Positions 1-13,100 of a DNA stretch of 64,000 nucleotides are shown here, piece by piece; position 1 is the stretch's first letter, and the number at the start of each line of letters is the position of its first letter. The notes under the pieces are model-generated. The model did not search any database. It saw only the letters and a program-made list of their open reading frames with translations, and was not told where the DNA came from. The stretch covers positions 2,914,001-2,978,000 of the forward strand of contig JAYWIR010000005.1 of the NCBI GenBank assembly GCA_036172245.1. The letters are read 5' to 3'. The stretch is from Raillietiella orientalis. Taxonomy: Eukaryota. Made by a program: the position numbers and the translations under genes.

Positions 1-3000
1 TTCCTGCTGCTGAATTTTCTTCCAGCTTTCCTCGTGAATGCTTTCCCTCATGATGATGGACCGATCTGAGGGGAAAAAAACAATCACTCAGCCATGTAGC
101 CGGTCACCGCTGTCCCAGCGTACCTGACACCCTCAAAGATGTTGAGGTGACATCCTCTCCCGCATTGTTTCTCGCTTTGCATACGTAGACACCTGCATCG
201 CCCGGGGTAGCCGAATTGATATCCAGAGTCACGTAGCCGAAATCATTGGAAGTGTGTATACGAGATCCTGATCATCCGTGAGTTGGCATGCATTCCGCGC
301 AGCGGGAGGGGTCAGTACCTAGCTTGAGATCGTTCCCGTTGACTTGCCACGTGAGGGTCAGCGAAGGATCGCCCACGGGTATCACGCGACACTCGAAGTG
401 GGCGTGCTGTCCTTCCAAGATGTGGATCGGCTTATTCAAGGGCTGCGTGAACACGGGTTTTCCAAAAGCGGGCTCTTCCACGACTGCCGCCCTTTCCGGA
501 TGGTACGATTCCAGCTTTCTGATTTTGTCCAATCCTTCCGGGTGCTGCGTCTCGAGCTGGATGCTCGCCTTGGCTGGGGTGAGCGAATAGACCCGCGTGT
601 CTTTCATCTGCATCGGGTGCTTCACTTACTCCTGATCTTCAGAGAAGCGGTCGTCACTGCTTCGCCCAGATCGTTGGAAGCCCTGCACATGTAGATCCCC
701 TCATCGTCGCCTCTCAGCCCTTCGATGTCAAGAGCCACGTAGCCAAAATCGTGGGTTGCTCTGATACGAGAACCTGGACGCGGTGCGGCATCAAGGAGGG
801 AATGTTTAGTAGGCACCCTTACTTTTCTGAATCGGCTTTTCATTGCGGAACCACTCCACTTTGAGTTTGGGATCCCCGACCGGGATGAGGTGGCACCTGA
901 ACCTGGCTGCCTCTCCTTCATTCAGTGAGTCCAGGTTCTGGAGTGGAACCGTGAACACCGGTCTCTGAAAGGTTCCCTGCTCGGGCGACTTTTCTTTGTA
1001 ATGTCTAGACAATCCTTCCAGCTGCCTCAGCTTTTCCAGCCCTTCGGGATGCTGGCTTTCCATTAGAATGCTTCTCTTCCCTTCGTGGAAAGGAATGGAT
1101 GAGTATGATAAGATTTCGGATTAGGGTCCGAAGAAGTTGCGGAGAGATGCAAAAAAAACCAAAAAAAGTCTCACCCTCCACGTGTATGCTGATGGAAGAA
1201 GATGCTGTTCCCGCCTTGTTCGTGGCCTTGCATGAGTATTCGCCAGAGTCTTCAGGATACACATGAGATATGTTCAGAGAGATGTATCCAAATTCGAACG
1301 TCTTATGGTATCTCGACCCGGAGAGTAGGGGCTTCCCGTTATGGTAGAACTCGACACGCAGGTCCGGATCATGGATTGGTTCGATTCTGGCCTCCAGATT
1401 GATGCACTGCCCCTCCTTCAGAAGACTGGTCCCCTAAGAACGAGTGAGAATTCGATGGAGCCAACATAAACAGCTTCACTGAACTTGTAGCTCCGATGTG
1501 AAGTACGGATGGATCAGGGGGAATTCGACATCTTTCCTTTCTGGAAGTGGAGGGAACGCTTCCAACTCAATTATCTTCTTGAGGCTTTCAGGATGCTGAG
1601 TTTCCATGTATATGCTCTTTTTGGCTGTAAATCCGATATTCAGAGGACTAGCTCTAAACATCCCCGCTCTTACCTCTGACGCTCACAGAACAAGTGGTAA
1701 CAGCTTCTCCGAGAGCGTTCTTTGCTATGCATATGTAGGTTCCGGAATCTTCTGCGTAAGCGTACAGAAGATCAAGAGCCACATAGCCGAAGTCATTGAT
1801 GGTTCGGAATCTGTGACCTGTCTTGATTTCCTTCCCGTTGACGAACCAATCTACTTTCATGGTAGGATCGTTCACTGGCTCCAGCCTGCATTCCAGGTGG
1901 ACATGGTGTGCTTCCTTGACGTCTTCGACGCTGAAAAGCAGACATTTAAAAGCACATCTTTGTGTCCCCATTCTTTCCCCTTTCCTCCCCATCTAACAGC
2001 CTGAACCGTTAGAGTGCGTCTTTGAAGGTGATCGCACTCCAGTATCCTACTTTTTCCTTCGTAAGCTGCGATGAGATCTCCGTGTGAATCCGCGATGGGA
2101 TCTGAATCTGTTAGAGTGCAGACACTACACTCCCTTTATCCAGATAAAGGATTCGGGAAAGGATTTCAAGGAGCGCCAAAGCAAAGAAATAACAATAATC
2201 AAAATGCTCGTGGTACTTCATGGGCCTGATATCGACCTGAGCTGCACACAGACCACACGGATCCAACCATTGTGGAGTCGTTGAGAACAGTCGACCGAGT
2301 TTCCGCTCAAAGGAAACGTCACCTAGCTCGGGTTGGGATCTCTTCAGCAGGGGGTGCCCTAACGTAACTGTGTATCTACAGTTCCTCTCATTCAACAGCG
2401 ATGGAATTCTAAACGCAATCCCAGATGCTTGGGACAAATGAGATCACCACTTCCAATTTCTTCCTCAGGAGGAAGTCAGGAGGAACCCATGAGCCAGTTC
2501 GAGCGATCGCAATCGACTAATGGGAACCCTGGAATTCCAAGCGATGTTCTCAAAGAGCCGGAAATCTCAAGTGTGCAGGAGAACAGGCTCTGCTAGGCGA
2601 TGGTGTTGCCCGAAGCTCAGGGCAGCCGCGACATCCACTGGAGGCATCGGTGAGAACACCCTCTGAACGACCTAGAGCAGACCTATGTAGTCAAGACCAC
2701 AAACGTCTGACCTTGCACAACCCCGAAAATCAAGCTAGGCCTAGAAAAGTGCAAGAAATCCCCAGTGCACACAAATGGCTGTGGATCGGAATCACAGAGG
2801 ATGGACCTGTCAGACAAAGCCTTCATCCCGACGAGATAAATCTTTACTCCTGAGGACGCTTTGCGGACCAGGCCCTCAACCCTCGACGACGGAGATGGAC
2901 AGTTCAAGATAACAGACATCAGCGATAGCTCCAAAGTGGACGTGCGTGTCTAGCGCAGAAACGGGGAAGAAGAAGCGAGCAAAATAAAATTACGAAGAGA

Positions 3001-4149
3001 GACAAGAAGAACCGGAAGAATCGGAGAGAAAAGAAGTCTTTGTACGATTCCGAACATTGTTCAGATCCTGATGGCGCCTGATAAATAATTGGAGAACTCT
3101 GCAAGGTTCGTTTCCAAGAGCACTCCGAATGAAACAATCAGAGAAGCTTTGAGAACTTCTGTGAGCAGGCCATCTCTCACGTCACTTCCGTTTGCGCCCG
3201 AGAAGGGGGAAAAGGAGGTGAAAAAAAACGTACTTTTTCAAAGGAACCACGAATTCAGGTTTCCTCCCTATGTATGGTTCCTGCTCCAGCCGCTTGTCTG
3301 ACTTGTAGCTCTCCAAATGGCAGATCTTGCGCAACCTGTTGTCGTCAAAAGTGTCCAGCTGCAACCCTTTCGAGCCTGGAAACAGAAATGAAGCTTGGAA
3401 AAATCCATATTTGTTGTGCGCTGGAGATGGAAGGAGCCGCGCGGTGACTCCATCGACCTGGTGCGCACTGGAAGAACGGGAATGCGCGCGAACACATGGA
3501 TACCTCTGACGTTGACCAGGCAGGTAGTGGCAGCCTGACCGTAAGCATTGGTGGCACGACACGTGTACGTGCCGGAATCCTCAGGGTAGACGTACAAGAT
3601 ATCCAAGGCGACATAACCGAAGTCGCAGATCAGCTTGAAACGATGCCCTAAGGAAGAGGCTGCAGGGAAGGATGTTGCAGGAAGAAACCGTACCAATCGT
3701 AATGGGCCGTCCGTTCAGGAGCCACTCCACTTTCATCGTGGGATCATTCACTGGCACGAGGGTGGCTTCCAGGTGGGCGCTCTGCCCTTCTGCAAGGTGT
3801 TCCAAGTTCCTAAGAGGGCGCGTGAAATTTGGGGGAATAGCCAATTCTTCTGGCTCTTGATCCAGCTTTTTCCTCTTGGCAGAGTCTTCTAGATAATGAA
3901 TTTGTTCCACAGCCCTAGGGTGCTGGCTGTCGAGTATGAGCGCATCCCTCCCTAGTTTGCGGAAAAACCATTGGAACGGCTCAACTGGAAAGACCACTTG
4001 CTTACCTTTGACGGACAGCGGGATCGACGACGATGCACTCCCGACCTTGTTCGTGACGTTCACAGAGTATTCCCCGGAATCCTCAGGAGTGACGGACAGG
4101 ATGTCGAGAGAGATGAATCCGAAATCATAAAGGGTCCGATATCTGTGAC
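1..4149 (-). CDS. sls: Kettin exon cluster (Ig14 C-half to Ig19 and next linker)
   Basis: Exons 4006-4149, 3694-3951, 3504-3647, 3234-3375, 1674-1930, 1485-1624, 1175-1433, 823-1080, 630-773, 319-573, 124-267 and 1-65 (partial). All have GT-AG boundaries and DFGYV/DSGxYxC Ig motifs. Confidence 0.92.
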
Positions 4150-7100
4150 CTTCAGGAGAAAGACACTGATTCAACAGGTGGGATGAGACATTTCCCTCGC
4201 GATCGCCGATACTCTACACAACACTGTAAGCACGCTAATCCTGAGGCGGGATCAAGGCTGGGCATCCAAGGAAGCTCACAGGTGGCTGTTAAAGAATGTA
4301 GGTTTGCGGAATGGGAATCTAGCCCTTGCTTCCCGCAACTAACGTTCGACCTTTCAGAAGGCGATAACGTTTCGTCAACACTTTCAACACATCCACTAGA
4401 GTGTGAGTGTGGCTAAGTTTGCTAGTGGCCTTCGATCGCCTATCACACTTGGTAAGCCTGAGTGAGATCTGCTAATTCCATGGCAGAATCCAATCTTACT
4501 CTCTGATGCATGATGTAGAAGGTTCTCTGTGTCTACCTGGACTTATCAACATCATCGGAGACAAGGAGACCTGGAAAGAGTCTTAACTTCCGCTTCTAAT
4601 TTCGCAGAAGGCATCTTCAGTCTCGTGAAGCAAACGGTCCTTTGGATCCCAAGAAAATCAGAGATTCGCACTCTTGGAAAACCCATTGCAGCCAAATGTA
4701 CAAGAAGGGTATCAAGCGGTCTTCTTCACTCCTGAAGTACCAACCCACTCGAATTCGGCATTCGCCTCTTTTCTCATAATTCAGACTCAGACCAGCAGAG
4801 TGGTTCGAAGCTACTTCCCAGATGATCATTTTGCAATGAATGAGGAAAAGGAGCCGACAGAAGTTTATCTTTAAGAAGAACAAAAAGTTGTTTAAGATCT
4901 CTGCATATCTTCTGTGCGTACATCCTCGAAGAAAAATGTAGATTTTGAGATATGCAGCCTCTGTTGCCAAGGGCTTTGCATCTTGATTTTCTTTTGTTTC
5001 ATAGTAATGGAGCTTTTCGCGAGATGAATGCGCAGCCACACGAAGAAATGGAGCCGATCTGCCCAAAGGCAGAACCAGTAATTCAGAGGCCCAGAAACCT
5101 CGTTGCGATTTTGTAAAAAAGGCGTCTTTTTTGCACCGATATGGACCCATATTACTTTGTGCATTTGTGCGTGAATCGTCACACGTACACGTCCGCTTTA
5201 TTTGTCCACGGATATTGTGCGAGTACATATCTCACTAAGATATTATTGAGCTGAAATCTACTGACATAATTGCACCACTTCAAAGTTTTTCTTCGTCGTT
5301 TTCACCAGGCTAAGAAGAAGAAAAGTTTCTTTCAATCCCAGCACGCGTTCTTGAAGAGGAATGGCTACTTGGGAATGCATTTCGATGATACGCCTGACAT
5401 CCTCCATGTCTTCAGCCCTACTGGCACAACATCGAGGTTTTCAGGAATTTTTACCGCACGACACGTTTCTCAGGAAACCAAAGCCAGGCAAATCTAACGA
5501 GTTCCCATTCAGTTCCATTTGGCTGCTCTTACACTTCCAAGGCTATAGAAAACTAAGTAGGAATATTCTCCTTTAAAAAACATCAAAACTGAGTGCTAAG
5601 ATAAACAGAGCTCACAGGCTACCCTGTAGCACGGTAATGCATTACGTAAGGGTAACGAAAAAAAGAACGTAGAAGTTTGATGTGACTATGTGGTAAATAA
5701 TTTGCATTCGTTTTGAAGACAAGCAATTAGATTGACAGACGACCTCAGTATCATAGTATACGATTCGAGAGCTCTTAATCGGATTTCCTGATCCAAGCAC
5801 AAAATGAATTCACAACAAGCCTTGGCGACCGATTTCATCCCTGATAGTTGATAAGGACAGTCTCCTCATTCAGCCACTTTGGACGATTCCATTCACACGC
5901 GATCACCCTGCAACCTGCAGTGGAATTGACGCGAAACCAATAAGGCATTTCGAAATCCTCAGCTTCTTGTCCAAACATCTTTTCCCCGCGGCAAGGGTAA
6001 TAAATCCTCATGCTTGCACACGTCATTTCATAAGAAGGTCTCCCTCCCTCCCTTGCTACTGTTGCTTTTACATCTAAGCGTGCCACTGCCATAGAAAGGG
6101 AAAAAGCGTCTCCTTAGACTGAATTCCCAGCAAAAGGTGAAAAAATAAAAAAAAATGTTCTTCTTTATGGAAGGGTCGAACTTCTGTTTGCTGCCTTCGC
6201 CCACCGCTATTCTCCCGAGCGAATAGGAGGAATCAATGTTTTGGTGCCTTCTGTGATCTTCGTTTCGTCCCTCCTTTTGTAAGGAGAGTAAATGCGTTTG
6301 TTTCACTCTCCGGGAATGACGGAAAGAAGAGCGTAAAGGGAGACGCTGCTGGTGCCAACATTTCGCTCTCTTTCCGAGTATTCTTTAGGTTTGCCAGGGT
6401 CGCCAAGGTCTTAGCCAATTTTTCCTTTCCCTGCATTCGTGTACTCGCAGTGAGTACTGAAAAGCTCACAGCATTTTGCTGTTAAGGATTTCGTTAGCGT
6501 TTTCGTTGTTCCCAGGGATTTGTATCGCCTTCTGCTTTCTATCGTGCACGTCTTTTATTGAAAGTTTTGGCACTATGACATGCCCTCAGTCCGTCATGCG
6601 ATTGACTAGCACAGACTAAACGCGGGATCAAGGAAAGCGTTTCTCGACTGCTGGTCACGAAGTGGGTTGAAGAAGCGGAAGTGCACTGCGGATGTTGCAG
6701 ATTGTGTATCCACAGCCAAAGAAAGAATACCGCTTTCTGAACATCACATGCCGTAAGAAACATCAGTGGAGTTTTATGCTGTAGACGATTTTGACTACTA
6801 CTTACTACTCCGCTTATGTTATTAATAGTATGCATGAATTTGAATTTGGGACTGCTTTTCTAAAGAGGAAACAAAGACACTCCGTAAATTTCTTGCAAGC
6901 AGGTACTGGTGGATGACCAGTACCTGCACCTGACACACTTCTGCTCCTTTGAAAACCACCGTTTCCATAGGTTTTGTCTCTTTGAAGATGAAGCTTCATA
7001 TGATGAGAGTTTCGTTATTTACTTTCTTTGGTGCCCGGAACTATCCCTTTGTCTTTCTTTACTGCTTCCTGATTTCATTACTCACATGCTCGCTGACATA

Positions 7101-10100
7101 CCTCACTGATGCTTTCCCTCAGACTGGGAAAAGAGTGTGAAATTTGAAATTCGTCTTTCCTACGAATGTTAAATTCTCTACAGCATCCACAAATCAGTGA
7201 TCTCCGACTGATTGGGTACTCTTTTTGCGAGTTGGACTGCATTTTGCAGTCTTCCTCATACTGATTCTCCAGCGATAAATCAATTGGGACTGCTTGAAAC
7301 GTGCTGCTGGCAGTGTACCCTTGTGCCCTACTTCTGAATCTGTGGATCCCCCCTAAAAGCTTTCCAGCGAACGAAAGGCAAACTTGGTTTTCCTTTTTCA
7401 GATTGAGCTAATGGTTGCTACTCAGCAATCCGAATCGTGTATTCAGCTCTTCAAGGTCACCAGCATGAGAGATCCAATTTGCAATCAAGCTTTATCCCGA
7501 ACAAGGAAACACTTCCTTTCTATGGCGTCTCAATAGATTTTCGATCAAAACGCGCGTCTGCGGGAATAACTTAAACGATCACTCGACTGAGGACTTCCAC
7601 TGCTCATCGCGCCTTTGGAAAGAAGCAAACATCACTTTCGCACAAACCGGAAACGACTGTTCTTAAACATTCAAGTTCTTCGTCGATTTCTCTGCACTTG
7701 GGAATGTTTGCTAGAAGTAGGGAGAAGGAAATTTGACCCAGCCCTCAAACTGTCTGTGTACAAACAAGTTACGAGCACGCGCAACTGCTCTCCCAGTTTC
7801 GAAACTTCTGATGTTCTTCTGAATGCCAGTTACCTTTCATTGATAAACCAGCCGCGGTTCGTGGACGTTTGCATACAACCTCTGAATTTTTCCATCGATT
7901 TTCGCATGGTGGCACAGAGCGGTTGGCAAACATATTAAAGAGAAATTCATAAACATTGGCACATACTCAATTTACTTTTGATCTTGGCATGTCGCGTTTC
8001 TTCGGTTCAAGGTTCACATCCCCTTTGTTTACAGTGCTTTCATAAAGTCAAAGGTCACGCCTTGGTACTGAATATTGGTTTGACTCTGTGGAATCTATAA
8101 GAATTCATGCTTCTCGAGGTACCGCATTTCAGGATCATTTGTTTTTTCTGAGATTCCCGTTTGGTTATTAGCCAACCGCTCGAGATAACCTTTTCTAATA
8201 ACCTCTCAGCTAAATATTCCACTTTCAGATGATGAGCTTCTAGAGAGCCTTTCAAAATTCTTGAGGCACGGGAATCCTAAGACTGGAGAGTATTCCTCTG
8301 CCGTTTCTGGAGCGACGTATGCTCACGAGCCAATGACTTCGCTCTCTCTACTGCTCGCTCCATTCTCTAGTTCGCATGCCTGACTCATTCTCTTCAAGTG
8401 CTTCGGCAACTCTGCTGACCTCTTTTCCTTTCCAAGTTGCACTTCACAGAATTAGAGCACATACGTCCCAAGTCACGAAAAGCATCCTAACTGCCTTGTG
8501 GCTTCTGGTGGTGGGTCCACTCTGTATTGACTTCAGTAATTGGCGTGCTCCTCTCCGAGCTTTGCCTGCTGCTTTCCACTTTGCAGGCTTCCGATTATTG
8601 GAGTCGGGAATTATTCCTTCATTGCTGGTAAATTGCTGTGCCACATCGACTACTCGTTATTGTTTCCTCACAAGATTCTCCTCAGAAACCGCTTTACTCT
8701 GATTCCCTAAAGCTGATCACTGGCTGGTAACGAAATTTGTTCCCCCGCATAGGGTCGAAGTCTTCAGTTCTGGGGCACTGCTGTCATGAAATCGCGCTAC
8801 CATGCCGATTTCGTTTTTCTCACATCTGAAGTCTGCAAACGGCCGTTTCTGGTCCTCCGCGGGATCCTCTTAGGGTCGGTCATTTTTCGCAAGCGGTGCA
8901 TGTTTTAAGGAGGGGGAAAATTATATCATCCGCCGTATTCTCACGGAGAGAAGTGAATCATTTCCTGCCTTCCGCGAGAGGCGCCACTGACTAGGTTCTC
9001 TAGCCCCCCTCCAAGCCTTCGGGAGGGGTGCTTCAGTGTTCAAACGATCGCATCCTTGCTAGCGTCTTCGTAAGAACCTCCAGGAGACAAATGATTAGTC
9101 CTGAAATGCTAAAGAATAGCTACGATGCCATCCTTCTACAAAGAAAACCCCCTCCAGCACTAATGAGAATGGTCAGCAAAGGATTCCTCTGGTAAAATCA
9201 ACACATCTGCAGCTGCTGCCGCGGCGGCTCACAAAAAAAAAAAGCAGCGAGAAGAGGAGCATCTTGCAGACGATCATCCATGTGGGTCAGATCCGTGTCT
9301 GAGCAAGGTCAGGTGCACAACACAAAGAGGAAGAGGTTCCCTCGTAGCGCCCAAACAGGTGGGCAAGAACCAATGAAAGAGCATAGTGCTGCTCAGCTGC
9401 CAACGTCCAGAGGAGGAACGGTGCCAGGATGATTGGGAGATTTCGAAAATCACACCGCGAATTGGACCGCATTCAAAAGTCCCAGAGAGCAGTGCCAGAT
9501 GCGGGGCAGAGAGATGCTCTTCCCTTTGCAAAGGTGCGGATCGCACCAACCTCCTCATCCTTCAAACGTGGTGATCAGCCACGCAATTGGAACTCCCTAT
9601 TTGATGCGCCCTAGCGGTGCTCCCATGTTGCGCTGAGCTGTTTTCAGTAATCCGAGGGATTTCTGGCACTTGTCTTTTTTTTAATTTTTATTTTTTTACG
9701 AGTAAGACTACTTTTCTTAGCTCTGGTGCTGTGGTAAACACCATAGGTGTTTCCAGGTGAGCAGCCAGGGGTTGGAATCGAAAACAACGAAACGCAGCAC
9801 CCACCAACCCGGAAATATGACCTCGGATGTCCACTTCTTATCATCAGAAACGCCCCGAACGAGAAAGGCATCAAAAAGCCTCGGAACCGGCCTCGGAGGG
9901 ACTCCTAGACTGGTCTGGGGTCATCCAGGACAAACTGGCCGATGTTTTTCCTCTTTCGCAGTTCTCTATCACCCTCCCTATCCGCTTTCTTTTCCATGGG
10001 TCTCTTCGCTTGCCGCCCGGTTGGTAATCCGCTTTATCAAAAGATGGAGGATTTCGATTCCCTACAGTGTCCCTCTGCTGCCTCACTACAGGTTGCTCAA

Positions 10101-13100
10101 CGTTGCACGAAGCAAAGAATCTCTTCCTAAGCGCACCACGCAGCTTCCCCTGTTTGCTTCGGCAGCAGACAACGAACCCGTCACCTTATCCGGAATTCAT
10201 CCGACATGGCAAGCGACGAAAACGGGATTTCGGGATCCTCTCTCTGTTTTGTGAGCTGCCCATCTAGAGAGCGAAGTACACGAATAATTCAAATGCCACG
10301 CGTGTGACTCGACTCCCATTTGAGCTGTCTGATGGTATCCGTAGGGAATGGAACCGGAACGAACAGAAGATTTCAGAATGAGAAGGTAGCAAAACCAGAA
10401 AGTGAGCTCAAAGAATCATGCAGTTTTTTTTTTTTTGAGTTTTCTTTTTTTTTTTCTCATTCCGAGTGGTCAGGGTACACAGTCAGAAACAACTTCTTTC
10501 GCTCTGTCATCCTGTTTGTGTCCCCAGATAGCACGCATTTTTTCTTATGCAGAGCAGAGAAGCATGCAGGACCACACACTTCTTCTCACCTGTCTTCAGC
10601 TGTTCGCCATTCAAGAACCATGTCACCTTCATGGTCGGATCTGGGTATGGTTCGACGCGGCATTCGAAGTGGGCGTTGTCCCCCTCGATCAGCGAGACGG
10701 TTCCTTCAAGCTGAGTGACAAAGAACGGGGCAACGTTGACCTCTTGCTCTTCCACTTCCGCTCGGTGGTCGTGAGCGCCTCTCTCAAGATACGCCAGCTT
10801 GTTCAGCATGACCGAGTTGTCCACGGTCTCGGAAGTGACAGCTGTGGAGAAAGAGTGCACGATGTGAGCGGCCAGGTCGAAGCTGCATCCAAAAATTGGC
10901 TTACGATGAACAATCAGAGTGGCCGAGGTCACGGCTTGTCCGTAATCGTTGAGTGCTTTGCACGTGTACGTTCCGGAATCCTCAGGGTACACATAATCGA
11001 TGTCAAGGGCAACCAGCCCGAAGTCGTGAACAAACCTGATCTTCGAGGCTAAAGTCAAAGAATTGGATTTCGGCATCGAACAAGAGAAACATTCCGGTTA
11101 CCATGCACAAGAGGGATTCCATTCCTGAACCATTGCAAGCAAAGTTTGGGATCTCCCGTTGGTAAAAGAGTGCATTCAAAATGCACGTGCTCGTTTTCAA
11201 AAGTTTCGACGTTCTTCATTGGTCTGGTGAACACAGGAGCCTGCTGCACCACTTGTTCTTCTTGATCAACGCTTTCGTATTTCGAAAGGTCTTCCAGTTC
11301 CCTTATTTTCTCCAAAGATGTTTCCATCACTGGTTCCATCATAACAGGCTGCTTACCTGAAGCAAAGTATGGTAATTAGCTACTCTTATTAGTACTGATG
11401 CACTCAACGAAATATTATATTAAAATAGTTGCTCATATTAGGTTGTTAAGAGTCTCGGGAATTTCCAAGATCCAGAAATCCCACTGTGTCTGAATTAATT
11501 GAAAGAGCATGAGAAGATTAGAGAAGTCGGTGAGGTCCCCTATACTCCCAGTGTAACTCCTTACACTCCCGCAGATGATGCGTGCGTGAGGCATGAAATC
11601 TCCTGAAGAATCGGCAGCCATTTGTGAAAACAAATGGAAAAGCCACGAAAGCTGGTCTAGCTGTAAATCCTAAGTTTCCTCCTCAGTTCCACTCCTCAGT
11701 TCATAGCTACAGCGGAGTGCAGAGAAAGTGCACCTTTTTTCCGCAGAAGCCCTGCTCTCTTCGCAGAGGTAGTTCTTCACTTCCGGGATCCGCAGAGAAG
11801 CGCCATGAAGAACCAACCTCCCACCCCCGTAGCATTTCCTCGTCTTCTCTCACCACACGATGAGAGAGTCGGGAAGCGAGGATCAATTCTTGTAAGTGAA
11901 ACGTTGACCCGTGGACCTCTGGACACTCCGAGGTGACTCTGGGCATCCAGAAGGAAGAACGAGAGAGAACGTATACGAAAAGCAAGGAAGAGCAAAGATA
12001 TTTTCAGTCCTATCAAGTACACTGAGGAAATGATGGAATCAAACCCTACGAAGCCGCCATCTTCTGCCTGCAGCTTCGTCATTTCTGGTGCACCGCACAA
12101 AAAAATAGCGATCGGTCTAATGACTGGATAGTTGACTGGTGACCAGCCAAAGGAGTACTTCAATGTTAAAATAAACATAGAAATAGACGAATCGAAGACT
12201 CTTAGGTCGTTTTTTTGCTAGAGTCGGTCTAAGCAGTTAAAGTCAGTGAGTGGAGGAGTTTGCATAGATCGGGTGGGTTCGCGAAGAAAGCCTTGAAGCT
12301 ATGTGACATCAAGCATTCTCACTTGTGATCGACAGAGTGGCTGAAGTAATTGCTTCTCCAAGATCATTTACGGCTTTGCAAGTGTACGTCCCAGCATCTT
12401 CCGGATACACGTAGGAGATATCCAAGGACACGAACCCAAATGTGTGGCTTTCCGTGAATCTGGAGCCTGGAAACAAGAAACGCAGATAAAACAGCCCAAA
12501 AATCCAGTAGCAGAGGTTTGGAGGTTTTGTTATTTAGTTTTTGGCTATTTTTGTACGACCAGCAGCTTTGTCGCTTTTTTTAGTTTTCTTTTCCACAACA
12601 GAGCGAGGTGACCGATCAATGATCATTACGAGGGATGCTGCAGCGGTCTTTCGAAAGGCACAGATTGTCCACGGGCAAAGTGCACGTGAGACAAAAGAAA
12701 CAGAAGAGCAGCGACTTTGTCAATACGCAACCTTGAGGCGCAGGAAGACAAGGATACGTGACGTAAAAGGTCATGCATCTTCCGGGAGAACAAAAGGACC
12801 CGCTCAAACCGCTCATCTCGTTCCGAGTTGGCTGAGGAGCAGGGCGATGTCGGGATTGCTATGCTGAAGTTTCCTCAACCGAGACTTTGAAGATCGCGCT
12901 TGAGTTCCGCACTCCTCCTCATTCTGTAGGAGAGCGACGATATGACCGATTTCCCCACATCATCGTCATCAACGAATAGTGACACTACGAGAATGTGACC
13001 TGGCCTTTCAGATCAGCCAACCATATTCGACTTCCATGTTACAAATTTCTCGCAAAAGTTTTACATTTGCTTTCCAGTGACAGTGGCGACTATTAAAATT

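Noticed and set aside
2000..3100. Possible retroelement 3' remnant in the intron
   Set aside because: Coding-like texture, but no diagnostic motif could be established.
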